In this document: one piece after another, positions 58,040 through 64,000 of the stretch
How positions within the stretch are numbered: the stretch's first letter is position 1
Layout: each line of letters begins with the position of its first letter
DNA from: Candidatus Peregrinibacteria bacterium
GTDB lineage: Bacteria > Patescibacteriota > Gracilibacteria > Peribacterales > Peribacteraceae
Assembly (NCBI GenBank): GCA_016186175.1
Contig: JACPMB010000003.1
Location: forward strand, 8,508 to 72,507
Direction of reading: 5' to 3'
Length of the DNA: 64,000 nt
Made by a program: the position numbers and the translations under genes
The notes under the pieces: model-generated
Database searches by the model: none
The model's input: only the letters and a program-made list of their open reading frames with translations
What the model was told of the DNA's origin: nothing

Positions 58040-58777
58040 ATGCGCGATCTGCAGGAAGAACTCCGAAGACATCTCGCTTCCGAGCTTCACGGCAGCCATC
58101 TCGGTCCGTGGATACACGACATCGTCTACGGCGCTCACGACGGCATAGTGACCACATTCGCGGTGGTAGCCGGCACTGTCGGAGCAGGCTTGCCAGTGGG
58201 CATCGTGGTGATAATCGGCATGGCGAATCTGCTGGCGGACGGCGTTTCGATGGGTGCCGGAGCCTTCCTGTCACTGCGGTCCGAGCGCGACCAGTACGAG
58301 CGCCTGCTCAAGGAAGAGCTGCAGGAGATAGACGATGATCCGGAAATCGAGCGCGAGGAAATCCGTGAGGCGTACCGCGCGAAAGGATTTTCGGGGGAAG
58401 ACCTGGAACGGACGGTTGCGATCATCACGCGCGACAAGACCGTGTGGGCGGAAACGATGATGAGGGAGGAACACGGCATGATGCCGCCCGGCTCGTCCGA
58501 CAATGCCTTGTTGCACGGCGTGGCGACTTTTTTGGGTTTTTTCGTCTTCGGCGGCGTCCCGCTGCTGCCGTATCTGATGTTGCGCGCGGAATCCAACAAC
58601 TTCGTTCTCTCGATCGCCGGCGCCGCATTCGCTCTTCTGCTCGTGGGAATCACTCGCAGCCTGGTCACACGCGAGCGCATCTATCGCGGCGCAATCGAAA
58701 TACTCTTGATCGGCGCGACGACTGCAAGCGTCGCGTACGGAGTGGGAGTGGCACTGAAGAGCTTTGCAGGGGTTTGA
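58040..58777 (+). CDS. VIT1/CCC1 family metal transporter
   Basis: DIVYGAHDGIVTTFAVVAG, ANLLADGVSMG, MMREEHG. Confidence 0.93.
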   Translation: MRDLQEELRRHLASELHGSHLGPWIHDIVYGAHDGIVTTFAVVAGTVGAGLPVGIVVIIGMANLLADGVSMGAGAFLSLRSERDQYERLLKEELQEIDDDPEIEREEIREAYRAKGFSGEDLERTVAIITRDKTVWAETMMREEHGMMPPGSSDNALLHGVATFLGFFVFGGVPLLPYLMLRAESNNFVLSIAGAAFALLLVGITRSLVTRERIYRGAIEILLIGATTASVAYGVGVALKSFAGV

Positions 58778-58795
58778 TCCCTCGTACGAGGGACG

Positions 58796-59206
58796 CTAAC
58801 TCAGCCAAATCCCCGCCCATGTGACCGCACCGCCGAAGATTATCCCTCCCGCCACTTGCTTACCCGAATGTCCCAGCCGCTCGCTCAAATGCTTCCACTT
58901 TTGCAGCCGGTTGAGTATGACCGCCTGCTCCCCTATCGCACGCCTCGAACCCATGGCGTCGTACCATACGATGCACGCCAGAACGAACGCGATGGCGAAC
59001 CCAACCGAATTGACGCCGGTTTTCCTCCACACGACGATGAGCAGGGACGTGACGAACGCCGAGTGCGTGCTTGGCATGCCGCCCGGACGAAACAACCCTT
59101 CGTGCCACCTGCCGGTCCGCAGGCCCTCGCCGGCAATCTTCGCCGCTTCGCATAGAATACCGACGGCGAGAGGAATCAGGAAGGGGTAGAGGCGGAGGAG
59201 GGACAT
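58796..59206 (-). CDS. Divergent PAP2 family protein (DUF212)
   Basis: GGMPSTHSA, YDAMG.RR..GEQA..LN, LGHS..QV. Confidence 0.92.
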   Translation of the reverse strand: MSLLRLYPFLIPLAVGILCEAAKIAGEGLRTGRWHEGLFRPGGMPSTHSAFVTSLLIVVWRKTGVNSVGFAIAFVLACIVWYDAMGSRRAIGEQAVILNRLQKWKHLSERLGHSGKQVAGGIIFGGAVTWAGIWLS

Positions 59207-59228
59207 GGGGCAAGAGTATACTCAATGT

Positions 59229-60650
59229 TTAACCGATCGTAGTGATGATTTTGAGTCTCTTTCCATCAACAGTATGTTCTTGTTCACGCAACCTTTCACC
59301 AGCATTGTAACGGCGGATAGCATCGGCAATTTCGCTGAATCCAAGGATCTGACCGTTCCTAACAGTAAATAGGCCAAAATCTACAGATCCGACTATCTGT
59401 AGACCGCCTACTGCCCGGGTGCATTGTTCCAAAGTAGGAGCGATCGGAGGAGACCAAAAACCCGGCGTGGAAATACCCAATATTGCTGGAGAAGGAGGAA
59501 CGTATTGCTGAACCTGAATTCTCATTGGCAATCCATCAACAAATATGCCATTCGTGCCGATCGCTATATTGACGCCATCAGCTTCGAATGAGACAGACTG
59601 TGCAATAAAGTTCTGGTTTGACGGAAGATCGCTGATCGCTTTGATGACCTGCTGCTCAACCGATACCTTGATTTTATCTTCCTTGTTCTTGGCCTGATTC
59701 TCAACATTGGTCTTGTTCTCGGCATTCTTTGCTTGATTCTCCACTTTCATTTTATCTTCGGTGTTTTTCGTCTGGTTCTCGATTTTTTTCAGTCCCGCTT
59801 CCCTGGCTTCAAGCGCCTTTAATCTGCCTTGAAGGAACTCCTTTCGCTGTTCCTGGCCTGGCATCGGATTAATCATTGTCAATTCATCCTGGATTGCCTT
59901 GCGGGCTCTTCCAATTGCGGCATCCACATCGTTCGTTCTGTTGCTGTCCAGTGCATCACTGATCAGTTTCGTTGTTTCATTCTGTTGCTTGCGTATTTTC
60001 TCTCGCTGTTCCGTGCTGCCGCCTCCGAACCAGCCGGACACGGTATCTTTCACACTCTTCCAGAGCCCGCCGATTGCCGTCCAGTTTTCCTGCAATTTTT
60101 GGAATCCGAGGAATCCCATGGTACCCGCTACGCCTGTCGCTAAAGTTTTCCCTATTACTCCAAGTTCGTTCCACATCCACTTGATTGCGAGAACCGCAGC
60201 GACTCCGGCGCCTGCCAAGATTCCAACACGGGCCGCAGGAGGCAAATCACGCGTGGCCGCGCTGAGTGTCCTGATCCCGACATCCAGCGAGCCCGCCGTG
60301 AACTGCAGCGCCCCGCGGACCGCGCCCGGAGCGTCCGGAGCGTAGTCGGGGAGTATGAATCTTTTATCCATGACTTCGCGCAAAGTCTTCAGTTCCGCGA
60401 CGATTTCTTTTCGCGTATCGTCCGACACGTTCGCAGCGGCTTCGATCAGGGAGATGCGCGTGCCGATGACTGCCTGCAGCCTCTCGAGTTTCCTCTGCTG
60501 TTCCGGAGTCGCGTTTGCCCCTGCGCTGAGATCTTCGCGCAATCGGCGGATTTGCTGCGCGCCGAGAGAGATTATTTGCTCGCGTGACGCGTTGTTATCA
60601 ACAAGAGTATCTATCGTGGGAAGAACGTCTATGGATAGCGTGGAGGACAT
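59229..60650 (-). CDS. Hypothetical protein with central Gly-rich TM hairpin, coiled coil and 13-aa repeats
   Basis: VGILAGAGVAAVLA...GVAGTMGFLG; three K/N-V/I-ENQ.KN.E.K units. Confidence 0.8.
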   Translation of the reverse strand: MSSTLSIDVLPTIDTLVDNNASREQIISLGAQQIRRLREDLSAGANATPEQQRKLERLQAVIGTRISLIEAAANVSDDTRKEIVAELKTLREVMDKRFILPDYAPDAPGAVRGALQFTAGSLDVGIRTLSAATRDLPPAARVGILAGAGVAAVLAIKWMWNELGVIGKTLATGVAGTMGFLGFQKLQENWTAIGGLWKSVKDTVSGWFGGGSTEQREKIRKQQNETTKLISDALDSNRTNDVDAAIGRARKAIQDELTMINPMPGQEQRKEFLQGRLKALEAREAGLKKIENQTKNTEDKMKVENQAKNAENKTNVENQAKNKEDKIKVSVEQQVIKAISDLPSNQNFIAQSVSFEADGVNIAIGTNGIFVDGLPMRIQVQQYVPPSPAILGISTPGFWSPPIAPTLEQCTRAVGGLQIVGSVDFGLFTVRNGQILGFSEIADAIRRYNAGERLREQEHTVDGKRLKIITTIG

Positions 60651-60675
60651 GGATGTGAATGTGTTAAGAAAATCG

Positions 60676-62271
60676 CTATGCGGAGAACGCGAGCGTCGTC
60701 GGATTCGTGAATGTGATTCTGTTCATGTTTTGATTCGCCGTCGCCGTGACCTGCTGCTGCAAGACGCTCAAACGCACTCCCTGATTCCTTCCGTTTGCGC
60801 GAATCTCGACGTCTCCGGCGTTCGCGGAAGCGGCCACGAGCGTCAGACTGGCGGCTCGCGTCGTGTTATTTGCGTCATAAAAAGTCCTGAACGGCGCGCT
60901 GTCGTCGCTCCCCGCCCGCATTTGCAGATTCCCGCCGTCTTTGCGAAATTGCATCCGGGTGCCGTTTATCGTGACAGTAAGCACCTGCGACTCCGTCACC
61001 GGCAGTTCAAAGTTCGGAGGATTGAAGATCAGAGTGTCGAACGTGCGACGCTCTGTGAGCGTAGTTGGCTGCGGGGAAAGCATGTCCTCATCCAGACGCC
61101 GCGGTAGCGGTGCGCCGCTCTGCAAATGCTTCTGTGCAGAGGCAATCGTTGGAGGGCCCTGTGTGAATCTTTGACCGTTCGCCTTGCTGTAACGGGCATT
61201 TGCTGCCCAAATATCGAATAGTTCTTCCCAGCGCGTCATCACACGGTCTTCCACTTGCAGTTCTTGCTCTGTAGGCGCAGGAAGTGGCGGTCGCGCTCTC
61301 AATGCTGCACGGGTCAATATCTTTCGATGATTTTCTACCGCCATTTTTCGATACATGTCCTTGCCAACTGCATAGAAATCGGAGCCCTCAGGGACGAGCG
61401 TGGATGTTGCAAGAAAATTGGCGATCTTCGCACGCAAAAAATCGAAGAGGAACGTGGCAATTTTTTCCGTCGTGAGTCCAATACCCAGTGCACGCTTCAT
61501 CCATGGCTGCAGGGCCTCACTCTTGAGGAGAGGTTCAATCAATGAGTTGCGAATGTGTTTTTCAAAGCTATCCGCATCAGGATTTTCCAATTGCTCTATA
61601 AACGTACGGGGGTCAGACACGACGCCGAGAATTTTCTGAACTTGCTCATGGAATGTGGGAGACTCGACTGCCTGCGCCAAAATCTCACGAAGTTGTTTCA
61701 CTATCCCAGGCCTGTCCAGCTCTCGTTCAAGATTGGTGATGAACTCCGGGTCAACAACCTGAAAATCCCGTATCGCCTCATCAATGGCTGCCAACGCCTG
61801 CCGTTGACGCTTCAGGCTCTCCAGCTTTTCCGTGCTTTCCTTAAGAACAGCGGCAGTCTTTACTTCAATCTGAAGCTTCGTAAGTTTAGCGCGGAGCTCT
61901 GCTATCCGTTCCCGTTGCTCGATAGTAAGCTTTCCTGTGCCAGCAACTTCCCGAGAGGCCGGAACCGACAGGAATTTGTTGATTGCTTCGGCGATGCGCG
62001 CACGCACCGCATCGGCGCTCAATCCGAAGGCGCCATTCACAGTGAACGTCTGCGGCATGCGATCCATCTGCGCCGCGTTAATCTGCGGAAAGCCCGGGAT
62101 TCTGTTCATCGCTTCTATAATTCCGGCGACCGCAGGATGCGTTGCGCGGAGCGTCGGCGGAACCGGAACTTCGGGAATCAGCGGCCCGTTACGGCCAGTT
62201 TCGATTTGGAAGCACAACCTTGGCTCCCGAAATGAGCAAGATGAACGGATATAGGTGAATGTGTGTTTCAT
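60676..62271 (-). CDS. Hypothetical protein
   Basis: 531-aa ORF co-oriented with its neighbours; helical middle and beta-rich C-terminus. Confidence 0.8.
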   Translation of the reverse strand: MKHTFTYIRSSCSFREPRLCFQIETGRNGPLIPEVPVPPTLRATHPAVAGIIEAMNRIPGFPQINAAQMDRMPQTFTVNGAFGLSADAVRARIAEAINKFLSVPASREVAGTGKLTIEQRERIAELRAKLTKLQIEVKTAAVLKESTEKLESLKRQRQALAAIDEAIRDFQVVDPEFITNLERELDRPGIVKQLREILAQAVESPTFHEQVQKILGVVSDPRTFIEQLENPDADSFEKHIRNSLIEPLLKSEALQPWMKRALGIGLTTEKIATFLFDFLRAKIANFLATSTLVPEGSDFYAVGKDMYRKMAVENHRKILTRAALRARPPLPAPTEQELQVEDRVMTRWEELFDIWAANARYSKANGQRFTQGPPTIASAQKHLQSGAPLPRRLDEDMLSPQPTTLTERRTFDTLIFNPPNFELPVTESQVLTVTINGTRMQFRKDGGNLQMRAGSDDSAPFRTFYDANNTTRAASLTLVAASANAGDVEIRANGRNQGVRLSVLQQQVTATANQNMNRITFTNPTTLAFSA

Positions 62272-62293
62272 ACGTATTGGAGAAATTGGATGT

Positions 62294-62512
62294 TCAGGTT
62301 GCCAGTGTCGGATTGGCCGCCTGCCTGACGGCCGTAAAGTAATCCCTCACTTTTTCTTCGACGTGTATATTCTCGCCTTCGCTCAGTATTCTTTCCAGTT
62401 TGGCGACGTGCTCCGGCTTCATAGACGGGAGCGTCCTTAGCCAGTAGGCGCGCTCTTCGTCCGAAAGCAACTTGCTCTTCGAGACGAGCTTTTGAAGCTG
62501 CAATGAATCCAT
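62294..62512 (-). CDS. Small hypothetical protein
   Basis: SKLLSDEERAYWLRTLPSM...LERIL helical protein; TATAAT upstream. Confidence 0.7.
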   Translation of the reverse strand: MDSLQLQKLVSKSKLLSDEERAYWLRTLPSMKPEHVAKLERILSEGENIHVEEKVRDYFTAVRQAANPTLAT

Positions 62513-62692
62513 AAGCAAATTTGTGTGAATCGGATCATTATAGCAACAAACAGTAGCTTTGGCGAAGGCGGCAGCAATGACAAAAGCGGCAAATGTGACA
62601 AAGAGTATTTTTTGCCGCCTGCGCCCGTTACAGGGCGCGCCGACTGGCCGTTTTTGTCGTCTTGGTCCAACATGTGCTACCTTTCGTCACGC

Positions 62693-63046
62693 ATGAATAT
62701 TCAGCACTTTGAAAAAGGCCTCTCCTACAACGATCAGGAGCTGCTTATCCTAGCAAAGAAGATCGGCAAGCTCGCGACGTACTGCAAGAAGCTCAAAGAC
62801 GAGGATTCCGCGATACGCGTGGAAGCAGAGCGGCGCCCCACAAAAAAGAACCGCGATCGGGTGAAGGTGATGGTGACGGTGGAGCTGCCGGGGAAAATTC
62901 TGCGCGCCGAATCGCGCCGCAATCGCGTCATCGAAGCGGTGGATCGGGCGATGGAGAAGCTGAAACCGCAAATCAAGCGATATAAAGAGGAAGGAACAGG
63001 GAGGGAAAGGGCGAGGCGCGCGAAAGCAAACACCTACAAAACATAA
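62693..63046 (+). CDS. hpf: Ribosome hibernation factor HPF/RaiA
   Basis: KKIGKL...LPGKILRAE...AVDRAMEKLKPQIKRYKE. Confidence 0.88.
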   Translation: MNIQHFEKGLSYNDQELLILAKKIGKLATYCKKLKDEDSAIRVEAERRPTKKNRDRVKVMVTVELPGKILRAESRRNRVIEAVDRAMEKLKPQIKRYKEEGTGRERARRAKANTYKT

Positions 63047-63049
63047 ACA

Positions 63050-63128
63050 TCCCCCTCTCCGTGCCTGTCCGCCGTAGCTTTAGCGAAGGCGGAGACGACG
63101 GAGAGTGGCTAGGGGTGAGGGGTGAGGG
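63050..63128. repeat. Nested repeat: CCCCTCTCC...GGAGAG element enclosing CCGCCGTAGCTTTAGCGAAGGCGG
   Basis: Read directly between hpf and rplY. Confidence 0.7.
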
Positions 63129-63129
63129 T

Positions 63130-63846
63130 TCACTTCTTCGTCTTACCTTCCTTAGACGTTTTCTCCGACTTCTCCTTTGTCTGAGCTTCAGTCGTTGGCG
63201 CGGCGCCCTCTGTAGTTGTGACCCCCGGAACGCCCGTAGCCGCTGCAGCCGCCTCTCCCTCTGCCGTCGCCGGGGCCGCGACAGCGACTTCTTCTATTTC
63301 GCGCGGTTCCTGGATGGTCACAAGGACCGTGTCGGCGCCGTCCATAACCCTGACTCCCTGTGGCGCAGGCAGATCGCGAACCGCGATGCTCGCATGGAAC
63401 TCTGCGAGTGCGGCAATATTAACCGTGATGTTGTGCGGGAGATTTTTCGGCAGGCACCGCACCCTGACATGATCATGCGCAATTACAAGAACTCCGCCAA
63501 GCGTCTTGACGGCCGGTGCCTCTCCTTCGAAATGCAACGGCACCAGAGTCTCTATTTCTTTTTCCATGTTCACCGCATAAAAATCCGCGTGAATCTCGCG
63601 GTCACTGACCGGATCAAAAGCGATAGCCTTGAACAGCACGGGGATTTTTTTTCCTCCCACATCCAACTCCACCAGCGTGCTCTCACCCGCCTTGACGAAC
63701 GCATTGTGCAGCTCCTGCGCCGGGCATTGCACGTTCATTTGCGCCTTGTGCCCGTACACAACGCACGGCACTTGATTCTCGCGGCGCAACGCCTTGGGAT
63801 TGGCTTTAAGATCGCGGGCAGCCGCCGTAAGTGGGATCATTTGCAT
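63130..63846 (-). CDS. rplY: 50S ribosomal protein L25/Ctc
   Basis: LRRENQVPCVVYG, IHADFY, VPLHFEGEAPAVKTLGG. Confidence 0.95.
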   Translation of the reverse strand: MQMIPLTAAARDLKANPKALRRENQVPCVVYGHKAQMNVQCPAQELHNAFVKAGESTLVELDVGGKKIPVLFKAIAFDPVSDREIHADFYAVNMEKEIETLVPLHFEGEAPAVKTLGGVLVIAHDHVRVRCLPKNLPHNITVNIAALAEFHASIAVRDLPAPQGVRVMDGADTVLVTIQEPREIEEVAVAAPATAEGEAAAAATGVPGVTTTEGAAPTTEAQTKEKSEKTSKEGKTKK

Positions 63847-63929
63847 GGACGACCTAGGGTATGTGCCAAATTCAAGCGGGTCAATAGGCTCCTGGAGGGT
63901 AAAATCCTTCCTAGAGTAATAGTGATAAG

Positions 63930-64000
63930 TTGAAAGTGGTAAGTGGAAAGTGCTGTGTTTGGACCGCTTTCAACTTTCAACTTTCCACTTTCCACTTTCC
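63930..64000. repeat. Inverted heptamer arrays (GAAAGTG / ACTTTCC), truncated by the window end
   Basis: Same unit as 40640-40716. Confidence 0.9.

Overview
A gene-dense bacterial chromosome segment read with the standard genetic code. Gene content and style (no Shine-Dalgarno sites, many leaderless genes, ComEC, H+-PPase, archaeal/eukaryote-type ProRS) suggest a CPR/Patescibacteria genome, probably Peribacteria/Peregrinibacteria; this is an inference. Most of it is housekeeping: secF, tig, rel, rplJL, lexA, valS, pnp, rpsO, rmuC, pcrA, ksgA, comEC, hppA, uvrC, pyrG, pyrD/pyrK, a LIV-type ABC transporter, rhlE, proS, hpf, rplY and tRNA-Glu. No CRISPR array, rRNA or intact transposase was seen. 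The most unusual signals are: (1) three small stand-alone GIY-YIG nuclease genes around tRNA-Glu, two of them preceded by distinct hairpin repeat families whose copies or relatives are dispersed across the window, with several REP-like elements inserted in frame into conserved genes; (2) a complete eukaryote-type protein arginine methyltransferase; (3) a TrpR, tandem operator, Trp leader attenuator and fused TrpG-TrpE module with no other trp genes; (4) two tiny promoter-to-terminator units, one encoding an 18-aa Cys/Gly peptide; (5) a duplicated ~140-170 bp structured element with a compensatory base-pair change; (6) UvrC with an inserted GNAT domain and a Rel enzyme with a degenerate hydrolase site.
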